Shown in pieces: positions 1 through 7,406 of a stretch of DNA of 64,000 nt (the stretch's first letter is position 1; each line of letters opens with the position of its first letter). The notes under the pieces were generated by a model. That model saw only the letters and a list, made by a program, of their open reading frames with translations. It was not told where the DNA came from and searched no databases. The stretch comes from a virus (Duplodnaviria; Caudoviricetes): the IMG/VR virus record IMGVR_UViG_3300044645_001661. One strand, given 5' to 3'. A program made the translations under genes and the position numbers.

Positions 1-30
1 ATCTGGTGGACAGCGGTAAACCCTACACAC

Positions 31-59
31 TTGACAAACAAAAATCTTAAACCTATACT
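31..59 (+). promoter_or_regulatory. Sigma70-type promoter for the SLH outer-membrane protein gene
   Basis: TTGACA (31-36), 17-nt spacer, TATACT (54-59). Confidence 0.75.
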
Positions 60-128
60 AAATAGGTACTTAAGAATTCTGTCACAATTCTTAATACAAT
101 TGTCGTTTAGATCTAAAACAAATTAACT

Positions 129-1007
129 ATGATTATTCGTTCTATTCTTGCCGCCACTGCTGTTGCAGTTACTGCTGCTCCCGCTATGGCACAAGTCACC
201 AGCGTTAAGCAACTGACTGATGTTCAACCTACTCAGTGGTCGTATCAAGCAATCACTAATCTGGTTGAGCGTTATGGTTGTGTTGCTGGTTATCCCAATG
301 GCACTTTCCAACCTGGCCAACCCACTACCCGTGCTGAACTTGCTGCTCTGACTAATGCTTGCCTGGATCGCATTACTGAGTTCCAAAGTGCTGCTGATGC
401 TGCCCTTGCTGCGGCTCTCCGTGCTGAGTTTGCTAAAGAAATTGGTGCTACCAATGCCCGTGTAAGTGCCCTTGAACTTGCTGCTGCTCAAAAAGCACAA
501 GGTGTTGGTAACTACCTGGGTGCTGGTGTGCTGCTGAACAAGCAAGGTACTGCTGGTAACGGTTACACCGAAAACCGTACTATCTCTGGTGGTACTGTAC
601 AAGGTCGTTATGCTGTGAAGACCTTCAGCAATCAGAATGCTGTTGCTGTTCGTCCTTATACTAACTTCGTTGGTACTCCTGCTGGTCAAATCGGTGCTGG
701 TGGTGGTGCTCTGCTCTCCTACGATTGGAGTCTCTCCCGTGCTACTTCTGGTGTAAGTCGTGCTAACATCTACACTGGTGTTGGTTATCAAATTCCTTTC
801 GTGAATAACACCGCCGCTAACTTCCAGTCCGCTGTGGGTGATCGTGGTCAAGTTGTTCTCGCTCTTGGTATTGAAGGTCGTCTGACTAACTCTCTGGTTG
901 GTTTTGCTGATCTTAAGTTCCCCACCACCAATGCTGCTAACAGTTATGGTGCTACTAACGGAACTTATTCCCCTGTCTTTACCACTGGTGTTGGTTTCAA
1001 GTTCTGA
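129..1007 (+). CDS. S-layer-homology (SLH) domain outer-membrane beta-barrel protein, related to the N-terminus of cyanobacterial Som/OprB porins
   Basis: Signal peptide (..TAAPAMA-Q); SLH motif DVQPTQWSYQAITNLVERYGCVAGYPNGTF..TRAE; Ala-rich coiled coil; amphipathic beta strands ending in C-terminal Phe (GVGFKF). Confidence 0.8.
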   Translation: MIIRSILAATAVAVTAAPAMAQVTSVKQLTDVQPTQWSYQAITNLVERYGCVAGYPNGTFQPGQPTTRAELAALTNACLDRITEFQSAADAALAAALRAEFAKEIGATNARVSALELAAAQKAQGVGNYLGAGVLLNKQGTAGNGYTENRTISGGTVQGRYAVKTFSNQNAVAVRPYTNFVGTPAGQIGAGGGALLSYDWSLSRATSGVSRANIYTGVGYQIPFVNNTAANFQSAVGDRGQVVLALGIEGRLTNSLVGFADLKFPTTNAANSYGATNGTYSPVFTTGVGFKF

Positions 1008-1032
1008 TTTAGAAGTAAAATCTAATTAATTT

Positions 1033-1068
1033 AGTCAAGGGTCGGATTTCCACCCTTGACTTTTTTTT
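1033..1068 (+). terminator. Intrinsic terminator after the SLH gene
   Basis: 10-bp stem AGTCAAGGGT / ACCCTTGACT, 9-nt loop, T-tract. Confidence 0.8.
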
Positions 1069-1105
1069 ATAATTACTATATAATTTTGTTGTAAATCGTT
1101 ACAAA
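1056..1105 (+). promoter_or_regulatory. Sigma70 promoter of the hli-petF operon with an HLR1-like repeat over the start site
   Basis: TTGACT (1056-1061), 17 nt, TATAAT (1079-1084); GTTGTAAA-TC-GTTACAAA at 1088-1105. Confidence 0.7.
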
Positions 1106-1109
1106 ATCA

Positions 1110-1304
1110 ATGACAGTTACCACTAATGAGCGTGGTCAGCAAAATATGTTTGCTAAAGAACCCACAATGTATTATGAAAACTATGGTATGTATTCCCCTA
1201 ACGAAATCAAGGAGATGACAAATGGACGCTGGGCTATGGTCGGCATTATTGCTGGGTTCATTTCTTATGCTATCACTGGCAAACTCTTCTTCGGCATCTT
1301 CTGA
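1110..1304 (+). CDS. hli: High-light-inducible protein (single-copy type)
   Basis: N-terminal TTNERGQQNMFAKEP motif and chlorophyll-binding helix ExxNGRWAMxG. Confidence 0.9.
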   Translation: MTVTTNERGQQNMFAKEPTMYYENYGMYSPNEIKEMTNGRWAMVGIIAGFISYAITGKLFFGIF

Positions 1305-1317
1305 CAATTGATTGACA

Positions 1318-1404
1318 ATGACTGAAATTTTATTTACAATGACCTCAGTTGCCTTCTTCGTATTGTTGGCAGCATCTGTAGAAAAACTTTGTGAGACCTA
1401 TTAA
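1318..1404 (+). CDS. 28-aa single-TM peptide [28 protein letters not shown] (below the ORF-track cutoff)
   Basis: Read by hand; its TAA overlaps the petF ATG (TAATG); hydrophobic core. Confidence 0.65.
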   Translation: MTEILFTMTSVAFFVLLAASVEKLCETY

Positions 1405-1694
1405 TGACTTACACTATTACTCTTCAAAATCCAGATGGAACTGAAAATGTAATTCAATGTGCTGGTGATCAGTATATTTTAGAATCCGCTGAAGAAGCAG
1501 GACTTGATATGCTTTATTCTTGTCGTGCTGGTGCATGTAGTTCTTGTGCAGGCAAACTTATTAGTGGAACTGTCGATAATGAAGAACAATCATTTCTTGA
1601 TGATGATCAAATTGCACAAGGATATATCCTTACATGTGTCGCATATCCCACTAGTGACTGTGTAATCCTTACTGAACAGGAAGAAAACCTGTGA
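1404..1694 (+). CDS. petF: Plant-type [2Fe-2S] ferredoxin
   Basis: [11 protein letters not shown] and LTCVAYP motifs. Confidence 0.95.
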   Translation: MTYTITLQNPDGTENVIQCAGDQYILESAEEAGLDMLYSCRAGACSSCAGKLISGTVDNEEQSFLDDDQIAQGYILTCVAYPTSDCVILTEQEENL

Positions 1695-1891
1695 GTGCTG
1701 GAATGCTTGGGCAATTGGGAGTTGCCCTTCAAGAAATTGGATGGGACAGTGATATTGAATTAGAAGTCAAAATTGCTGGAACACTAAAGAATGACAAGTT
1801 TATTGTAATTAAACCTGTTAAAGAAAAAATGGTTTGTAACCGAAACCCAGAACTTAAACAACAACATTCTTATAAAGGAGAAACAAAATGA
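1691..1891 (+). CDS. Hypothetical protein, cyanophage type
   Basis: GTG start overlapping the petF stop; its stop overlaps the next ATG. Confidence 0.65.
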   Translation: MSAGMLGQLGVALQEIGWDSDIELEVKIAGTLKNDKFIVIKPVKEKMVCNRNPELKQQHSYKGETK

Positions 1892-2007
1892 AATTTGGAT
1901 GGACCCCTGAGGCAGAAATCCTCAATGCTCGTCTTGCTATGCTTGGTTTTGTAATTGCTGTCGGCACTTACATGACTACTGGACAAATTATTCCTGGTGT
2001 ATTCTGA
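1888..2007 (+). CDS. hli: High-light-inducible protein, 39 aa (missed by ORF track)
   Basis: Translates as [39 protein letters not shown] (AExxNxRxAMxG and TGQIIPGxF); AAGGAG RBS upstream. Confidence 0.92.
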   Translation: MKFGWTPEAEILNARLAMLGFVIAVGTYMTTGQIIPGVF

Positions 2008-2546
2008 TGGAGGTTAATATGCGTAAAGAAGGATATCAAATTCCTGAAGTTGAATTTATTTGTCGTGAAAATGGTGAGTTTTTAGTCCGTAGTTCTGTAG
2101 ATTATTTTGCTGGAAAGCGTGTGGTCATTTTTAGCCTGCCTGGTGCTTTCACTCCTACTTGCAGTGCCTATCAGTTACCTGGATTCGAAGAGAAATACGA
2201 CGACTTTATTGGTAGTGGCATCGACGCTATTTACTGCATCTCTGTTAATGATGGGTTTGTGATGAATGCTTGGGCACAAGATCAAAACATCAAGAACGTA
2301 ACTCTTATCCCTGACGGCAATGCATATTTCACACGTTCTATGGGACAATTAGTGATGAAGTCTAACCTTGGTTTTGGTCAGCGTTCTTGGCGTTATGCTG
2401 CTGTGGTTGACAATGGTATTATTGAGAAACTGTTCGAAGAACCTGGCAAAACTGATAATGCATTAGAAGATCCTTACGGTGAAACTACTCCAGAAAAAGT
2501 TTTGGAATATGTAAAATCTACTGTCCGCGAAGTAGCAACAGTTTGA
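2007..2546 (+). CDS. Type II (Prx5-like) peroxiredoxin
   Basis: KRVVIFSLPGAFTPTCS active-site motif, CISVNDGFVMNAW, RSWRYA. Confidence 0.9.
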   Translation: MEVNMRKEGYQIPEVEFICRENGEFLVRSSVDYFAGKRVVIFSLPGAFTPTCSAYQLPGFEEKYDDFIGSGIDAIYCISVNDGFVMNAWAQDQNIKNVTLIPDGNAYFTRSMGQLVMKSNLGFGQRSWRYAAVVDNGIIEKLFEEPGKTDNALEDPYGETTPEKVLEYVKSTVREVATV

Positions 2547-2550
2547 ATAT

Positions 2551-2574
2551 AGGAGGGTTTATCCCTCCTTTTTT
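2551..2574 (+). terminator. Intrinsic terminator, followed by a late-promoter-like AATAAATA
   Basis: AGGAGGG-TTTAT-CCCTCCT then TTTTT. Confidence 0.75.
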
Positions 2575-2605
2575 AATAAATATAATGCAGAGTTTGGTTA
2601 AAATA

Positions 2606-3304
2606 ATGCTTATAGATCTTCATAACTTCTTTAAATTCTTTGATGAAAATAATCCAAAGCATGTTGCTGCAGTAGAGCAATTTGAAAAGGATTTGCTTTT
2701 GAAGGCACAAGAACTAATGCAAGATGAAGCAAATTGGGTGAGAATTTTTAGAACAAAAGAAAACAAACCTCAAGCAGATATTTTACCAGTTCCATTTTAT
2801 CCACAAACAGATAATTATAGAGATGCAGATAGAACTTGTAACTCTTCTGCTTGTGCAATGTGTCTCGAATATTTTAAACCAGGCACATTAAAAGGATCTA
2901 AGGGCGATGACGCCTATGTACAAAAAGTTTTTTCAATCGGTGACACAACTGATCACTTGGTTCAAACCAAAGTTCTTGCGTCATACGGCATTAAATCCAG
3001 TTTTTCCTACAGTCTTTCTTTTGCTGATCTTGATAGAGAGCTTGCCGCTGGTAGACCTGTTGTTATTGGCATTCTTCATCGTGGGACTCTATCTAATCCC
3101 ACAGGAGGACACATGGTAGTTGTGATTGGCAAAACTCCTGCTGGAGATTATGTAGTTAATGATCCTTATGGTTCATTGAATGATGGATATACTGAGGCAG
3201 TACAAAATGGTAAAGGTGCTGTTTATAAACGTAGTGAATTAACACGTAGATGGTGTCCAGCAGGAAATGATGGGTGGGGTAGAATTTTTGATGTAAAAAA
3301 GTAG
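2606..3304 (+). CDS. C39-like (papain-fold) peptidase, probable endolysin component; likely start 2606 rather than 2543
   Basis: QTDNY..RTCNSSAC (Cys), GGHMVVV (His), DPYG (Asp); the 2543 start would run through a terminator. Confidence 0.8.
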   Translation: MLIDLHNFFKFFDENNPKHVAAVEQFEKDLLLKAQELMQDEANWVRIFRTKENKPQADILPVPFYPQTDNYRDADRTCNSSACAMCLEYFKPGTLKGSKGDDAYVQKVFSIGDTTDHLVQTKVLASYGIKSSFSYSLSFADLDRELAAGRPVVIGILHRGTLSNPTGGHMVVVIGKTPAGDYVVNDPYGSLNDGYTEAVQNGKGAVYKRSELTRRWCPAGNDGWGRIFDVKK

Positions 3305-3344
3305 AGTCAACACCACAACAAAAAATCCCCCAATGTGGTGTTGA
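3295..3344 (+). promoter_or_regulatory. Putative programmed -1 ribosomal frameshift signal (slippery heptamer plus hairpin)
   Basis: A_AAA_AAG at 3295-3301 in register with the peptidase frame; 5-nt spacer; perfect 11-bp stem TCAACACCACA (3307-3317) / TGTGGTGTTGA (3334-3344). Confidence 0.8.
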
Positions 3345-3783
3345 TTTAATTAAAGAATTTGAGGGATGCCATTTAAATGCTTATCCCGACCCATTAACTG
3401 GAGGTCTACCAATAACTATTGGATGGGGAAGTACTAGAGATTTTAATGGGCAACCATTTAAACTTGGAAAAAAAGTCACTCAAGATTATGCTGATAAATT
3501 ACTTTTATTTGATCTTGAACAAAGATTTCTTCCTTCTTTACAAAAGATTCCTTATTGGAGTGAAATGACTGATAATCAACATGGAGCACTTTTCAGCTTT
3601 GCTTATAATCTCGGTGCTGGTTTTTACGGTGGAAGCGGATTTAATACTATCTCTCGCAACCTTCGTGAGAAGAATTGGTCAGCAATCCCAGAGACATTAA
3701 AGATGTATCGTAATCCTGGAAGTAATGTAGAATCGGGATTATTGAGAAGACGTACTGCTGAAGGAAAACTATGGATATCTTAA
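3298..3783 (+). CDS. Phage lysozyme (GH24-like) domain in the -1 frame, with no start codon upstream of its catalytic residues
   Basis: Frame opens after TGA at 3289-3291 and reads ..LIKEFEGCHLNAYPDPLTGGLPITIGWG..ALFSFAYNLG..GLLRRRTAEG; the first ATG/GTG/TTG is at 3565, downstream of the E-x8-D..T catalytic region. Confidence 0.85.
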   Translation, partial: KVESTPQQKIPQCGVDLIKEFEGCHLNAYPDPLTGGLPITIGWGSTRDFNGQPFKLGKKVTQDYADKLLLFDLEQRFLPSLQKIPYWSEMTDNQHGALFSFAYNLGAGFYGGSGFNTISRNLREKNWSAIPETLKMYRNPGSNVESGLLRRRTAEGKLWIS

Positions 3784-4037
3784 TCGTCTGACTTTGCTTT
3801 ATAAGCAATTAACAATCCAATAGCAACTAACAATTGTTTAATACCCTCATCCTGTGATTTATTACAATCTATGGGTGGGGGATTTTTTAATTCTCCTTTT
3901 ACGTTAGCATAATGCATTGTGCCAGGAATCATCAGATTGCAACTGGCAATACTAAAACCAATATACCCAAACAACACAACAAATGTTGAGTATATGAGTA
4001 CTGTCAGTGGTGAGATTTTTCTTGGTTGTGGATCCAT
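3780..4037 (-). CDS. Small membrane protein (two hydrophobic segments)
   Basis: ORF track; hydrophobic stretches at both ends; convergent on the lysozyme. Confidence 0.6.
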   Translation of the reverse strand: MDPQPRKISPLTVLIYSTFVVLFGYIGFSIASCNLMIPGTMHYANVKGELKNPPPIDCNKSQDEGIKQLLVAIGLLIAYKAKSDD

Positions 4038-4201
4038 GTCTTCAAATCTCCGACATATTTTCTTAATGTATTTGCCTGTTCTTCATGCCAAAAATCACCC
4101 GTCTCTAACCAGAGACGGGTGTGATTATCAATGGCCTTTAGTATTTGGTGGATAGGAGCATTCCAACACTCTCTTTTTGGAGTGTTCCACTCTCTTGGCA
4201 T
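4004..4201 (-). CDS. Hypothetical protein, cyanophage type (MPREWNTP..)
   Basis: ORF track; Trp-rich, fits the minus-strand mini-operon. Confidence 0.7.
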   Translation of the reverse strand: MPREWNTPKRECWNAPIHQILKAIDNHTRLWLETGDFWHEEQANTLRKYVGDLKTWIHNQEKSHH

Positions 4202-4204
4202 ACA

Positions 4205-4396
4205 TTAAATTTCAGTGGTATCTTCTTGATCTTCTGCTGGAATGAATAAATCAACTTTTTTTAAAAGATCTGCAGATTCGCTATCATGAATGGCATTTTT
4301 TTGTGCCCAAGATAAATCAAAATCAGAAACAGATTGATTTTTAGAAAGTTTTGTGCAAATTGCTAAAAGTCTCTTGCGAGTAGGTTCGTTTAACAT
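4205..4396 (-). CDS. Hypothetical protein
   Basis: ORF track; first gene after a minus-strand late promoter. Confidence 0.6.
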   Translation of the reverse strand: MLNEPTRKRLLAICTKLSKNQSVSDFDLSWAQKNAIHDSESADLLKKVDLFIPAEDQEDTTEI

Positions 4397-4476
4397 CGGT
4401 TTTAAATAAATCTACTTTAACTTATTTAGTAATAATATAAAAATAAAAATTATACGGTTATCTCATATCAACCCTG

Positions 4477-4484
4477 TATTTATA
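4477..4484 (-). promoter_or_regulatory. T4-type late promoter TATAAATA (minus strand)
   Basis: Plus strand reads TATTTATA; points toward ORF 4396. Confidence 0.55.
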
Positions 4485-4510
4485 GTGTGCCACTTAAGCA
4501 ATTGGACCTA

Positions 4511-4588
4511 TTGACAGCATTTGCTAACAGTGTTATGATAAATATATCAACACGTTAAGGAATGTAACAGTTCTTTAATGTTTGTAAC
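4511..4588 (+). promoter_or_regulatory. psbA sigma70 promoter followed by four HLR1-like half-sites
   Basis: TTGACA (4511-4516), 17 nt, TATGAT (4534-4539); minus-strand 8-mers TTAACGTG, GTTACATT, TTAAAGAA, GTTACAAA at 4551, 4561, 4571, 4581. Confidence 0.7.
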
Positions 4589-4598
4589 ACCCCTTAAA

Positions 4599-4697
4599 CC
4601 GAGACCTCTAGGGTGTATAAATTACGTCTCTCATACCCAGTCTGAGGGTGACTGGGGAATAGTAATTACCACCATTTCCCTGATGGTCTTACTACTC
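4599..4697 (+). ncRNA. Structured psbA 5' UTR (PhotoRC-II-like cis element)
   Basis: Nested stems GAGAC/GTCTC, CCCAGTC/GACTGGG, CCAT/ATGG, TAGTAA/TTACTA directly upstream of psbA; the Rfam name is from recall only. Confidence 0.55.
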
Positions 4698-4707
4698 TTT
4701 TAAACAA

Positions 4708-5787
4708 ATGACTGCTTCAATCGCTTCACGTCAACAATCGAATACTTGGGAACAGTTCTGTAATTGGGTTACTTCAACCAATAATCGTCTTTATGTTGGT
4801 TGGTTTGGAGTCCTGATGATTCCTTGCCTACTTGCTGCTACGACTTGTTTTATCATCGCGTTCATCGGTGCTCCCCCTGTGGACATTGATGGTATCCGTG
4901 AACCCGTTGCTGGTTCACTCATGTACGGAAACAACATCATCTCTGGTGCTGTTATTCCTTCGTCCAATGCTATTGGACTACACTTTTACCCCATCTGGGA
5001 AGCTGCTTCCCTAGATGAGTGGCTTTACAACGGTGGTCCTTTCCAACTGGTTGTGTTCCACTTCCTGATTGGTATTTACGCCTACATGGGTCGTGAGTGG
5101 GAACTCTCCTATCGTCTGGGTATGCGTCCTTGGATCTGTGTTGCTTACTCGGCACCTGTTGCTGCTGCATCTGCTGTATTCCTGGTCTATCCCTTCGGTC
5201 AAGGTTCTTTCTCTGATGCGATGCCCCTGGGTATCTCTGGTACGTTCAACTATATGCTTGTGTTCCAGGCAGAGCATAACATTCTAATGCACCCCTTCCA
5301 TATGCTTGGTGTTGCTGGTGTGTTCGGTGGTTCTCTGTTCTCTGCGATGCACGGTTCTCTAGTTACTTCCTCTCTGGTTCGTGAAACCACTGAGAATGAG
5401 TCGCAGAACTATGGTTACAAGTTCGGACAAGAAGAAGAGACTTATAACATCGTTGCTGCTCACGGTTATTTTGGACGCCTTATTTTCCAATATGCTTCCT
5501 TCAATAACTCACGTTCGCTGCACTTCTTCCTTGCTGCATGGCCTGTAGTTGGTATCTGGTTCACTGCTCTTGGTGTTAGTACCATGGCATTCAACCTGAA
5601 TGGTTTCAACTTCAATCAGTCCATCGTTGATAGTCAAGGTCGTGTACTCAACACTTGGGCAGATGTTCTGAACCGTGCTGGTCTGGGTATGGAAGTGATG
5701 CATGAACGTAATGCTCACAATTTCCCTCTGGATCTTGCTGCTGCTGAGAACACTCCTGTTGCTCTCACTGCTCCTAGCATCGGTTGA
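4708..5787 (+). CDS. psbA: Photosystem II D1 protein, no intron, Glu130 (high-light-type) form
   Basis: Full canonical D1 sequence ([24 protein letters not shown]). Confidence 0.99.
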   Translation: MTASIASRQQSNTWEQFCNWVTSTNNRLYVGWFGVLMIPCLLAATTCFIIAFIGAPPVDIDGIREPVAGSLMYGNNIISGAVIPSSNAIGLHFYPIWEAASLDEWLYNGGPFQLVVFHFLIGIYAYMGREWELSYRLGMRPWICVAYSAPVAAASAVFLVYPFGQGSFSDAMPLGISGTFNYMLVFQAEHNILMHPFHMLGVAGVFGGSLFSAMHGSLVTSSLVRETTENESQNYGYKFGQEEETYNIVAAHGYFGRLIFQYASFNNSRSLHFFLAAWPVVGIWFTALGVSTMAFNLNGFNFNQSIVDSQGRVLNTWADVLNRAGLGMEVMHERNAHNFPLDLAAAENTPVALTAPSIG

Positions 5788-5812
5788 TAAAAACTGAATA
5801 ACTGATATAATT

Positions 5813-5839
5813 AAGAGGGTATAACAACCCTCTTTTTTT
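5813..5839 (+). terminator. Intrinsic terminator after psbA
   Basis: AAGAGGGT-ATAACA-ACCCTCTT then TTTTT. Confidence 0.85.
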
Positions 5840-5962
5840 ATGTCTCATAATACTCAACACGAACCTGTGCCTAACTGGGTAATCTGGGCAGGTGTAGGTA
5901 TGATGGTATTCACAGTCCTTGTGTTTTTTTTATTTACTCTAGGTCAGATTTATTGGGGATAG
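5840..5962 (+). CDS. 40-aa single-TM peptide (missed by ORF track)
   Basis: MSHNTQHEPVPNWVIWAGVGMMVFTVLVFFLFTLGQIYWG, read by hand. Confidence 0.6.
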   Translation: MSHNTQHEPVPNWVIWAGVGMMVFTVLVFFLFTLGQIYWG

Positions 5963-5968
5963 AAATTT

Positions 5969-6172
5969 ATGTTTATTTTTAAAGTAGGTGATATTTGTAG
6001 GATTAATAATCCAATTCAAAGACGGCACGGAAGAGAATTTGAAATTCTAGGTTTTATGTATGATAAAGATGATGAATATTTTCCTCCAATTGCAATGAAA
6101 GTTAGATACTTAGACACCAATCGTAAAGGAACATATGATTGCTCATTTGATTCTCTCGTTGTAATTGGATAA
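5969..6172 (+). CDS. Hypothetical small beta protein (SH3/KOW-like pattern)
   Basis: FKVGDICRI start motif. Confidence 0.55.
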   Translation: MFIFKVGDICRINNPIQRRHGREFEILGFMYDKDDEYFPPIAMKVRYLDTNRKGTYDCSFDSLVVIG

Positions 6173-6185
6173 GCACTAATACTCA

Positions 6186-6214
6186 TTGACCTCTTTGTTA
6201 AGGAATGTTAAGAT
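6186..6214 (+). promoter_or_regulatory. psbD sigma70 promoter with an HLR1-like repeat in the spacer
   Basis: TTGACC (6186-6191), 17 nt, TAAGAT (6209-6214); minus strand TTAACATT-CC-TTAACAAA (6194-6211); AGGAGG RBS upstream of the ATG. Confidence 0.7.
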
Positions 6215-6239
6215 AAATATGAGAAATACATAGGAGGTT

Positions 6240-7301
6240 ATGACTTCTTCAACACTTACACAACCTATTTCGCAGAGAGGATGGTTTGATGTCTTGGATG
6301 ACTGGCTTAAACGAGATCGCTTTGTCTTTGTGGGTTGGTCTGGATTACTTCTTTTTCCCACTGCTTATTTGGCCCTTGGTGGCTGGCTTACTGGCACAAC
6401 GTTTGTTACCAGTTGGTACACCCACGGGTTGGCGTCTTCTTACCTTGAGGGTGCTAATTTCCTCACGGCAGCTGTGTCTACGCCTGCAGACGCTATGGGT
6501 CATTCTCTTCTTCTACTTTGGGGTCCTGAAGCTCAAGGAGATATTGTCAGGTGGTTCCAACTTGGGGGACTCTGGCCTTTTGTGGCACTACACGGGTCTT
6601 TCGCTCTAATTGGATTCATGCTTCGCCAGTTTGAGATTGCCCGTCTTGTAGGTATTCGTCCTTATAACGCAATCGCATTCTCTGGTCCTATTGCAGTATT
6701 TGTTTCTGTATTCTTAATGTATCCTCTGGGGCAATCCAGTTGGTTCTTTGCACCTTCATTCGGTGTTGCTGCAATCTTCCGATTCCTGCTGTTCCTACAA
6801 GGTTTCCACAACTGGACCCTTAATCCTTTCCATATGATGGGAGTTGCTGGTATACTAGGAGGTGCTCTACTCTGTGCTATTCATGGTGCAACAGTTGAAA
6901 ACACCCTCTTCGAAGATAGTGACCAATCAAACACCTTCAAGGCTTTTGAACCTACCCAAGAAGAGGAAACCTATTCAATGGTTACAGCGAATAGGTTCTG
7001 GTCTCAAATTTTTGGTATCGCTTTTAGTAATAAGCGTTGGCTCCATTTCTTTATGTTGTTTGTACCTGTTATGGGTCTGTGGACATCTAGTATTGGAATC
7101 ATTGGGTTGGCTCTTAACCTTCGAGCATACGATTTCGTATCACAGGAAATTCGTGCAGCAGAAGATCCAGAATTTGAAACGTTCTACACGAAAAATATCC
7201 TTCTAAATGAAGGTCTTCGTGCTTGGATGGCACCAGTTGACCAACCTCATGAGCAGTTTGTATTTCCTGAGGAAGTTCTTCCAAGGGGCAACGCACTTTG
7301 A
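6240..7301 (+). CDS. psbD: Photosystem II D2 protein
   Basis: Canonical D2 sequence ([16 protein letters not shown] .. [10 protein letters not shown]). Confidence 0.99.
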   Translation: MTSSTLTQPISQRGWFDVLDDWLKRDRFVFVGWSGLLLFPTAYLALGGWLTGTTFVTSWYTHGLASSYLEGANFLTAAVSTPADAMGHSLLLLWGPEAQGDIVRWFQLGGLWPFVALHGSFALIGFMLRQFEIARLVGIRPYNAIAFSGPIAVFVSVFLMYPLGQSSWFFAPSFGVAAIFRFLLFLQGFHNWTLNPFHMMGVAGILGGALLCAIHGATVENTLFEDSDQSNTFKAFEPTQEEETYSMVTANRFWSQIFGIAFSNKRWLHFFMLFVPVMGLWTSSIGIIGLALNLRAYDFVSQEIRAAEDPEFETFYTKNILLNEGLRAWMAPVDQPHEQFVFPEEVLPRGNAL

Positions 7302-7307
7302 TTTTAT

Positions 7308-7329
7308 AAGACCCTTCGGGGTCTTTTTT
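7308..7329 (+). terminator. Intrinsic terminator with UUCG loop after psbD
   Basis: AAGACCC-TTCG-GGGTCTT-TTTT. Confidence 0.9.
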
Positions 7330-7406
7330 ATTATATCTTTAATTCATAACAAAATTTAATATCTTATCAAGAACCCGTTATAATTATAATGAGTTCTTAT
7401 TTTTAT

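Noticed and set aside
123-851. 242-aa minus-strand ORF opposite the SLH gene, and the many other antisense or alternate-frame ORFs in the track (e.g. 5011-5277, 14463-14843, 23028-23882, 54401-54904, 62557-62928)
   Set aside because: They lie entirely over well-supported genes with strong codon bias, lack RBS or promoters and show no motifs; they are shadow ORFs.
1091-1102. GTA..TAC palindrome resembling an NtcA box at the hli promoter
   Set aside because: The spacing is GTA-N6-TAC, not the required N8; the HLR1-like reading fits better.
2543-2605. Extended N-terminus of the C39 peptidase given by the ORF track
   Set aside because: It runs through a terminator hairpin and a late-promoter-like element; the ATG at 2606 is more plausible.
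3565-3783. 72-aa ORF as a stand-alone gene
   Set aside because: It is only the C-terminal part of a lysozyme whose catalytic residues are encoded upstream in the same frame.
4708-7301. Group I intron or homing endonuclease in or between psbA and psbD
   Set aside because: Both ORFs are uninterrupted and of normal length, and the spacer ORFs have no nuclease motifs.
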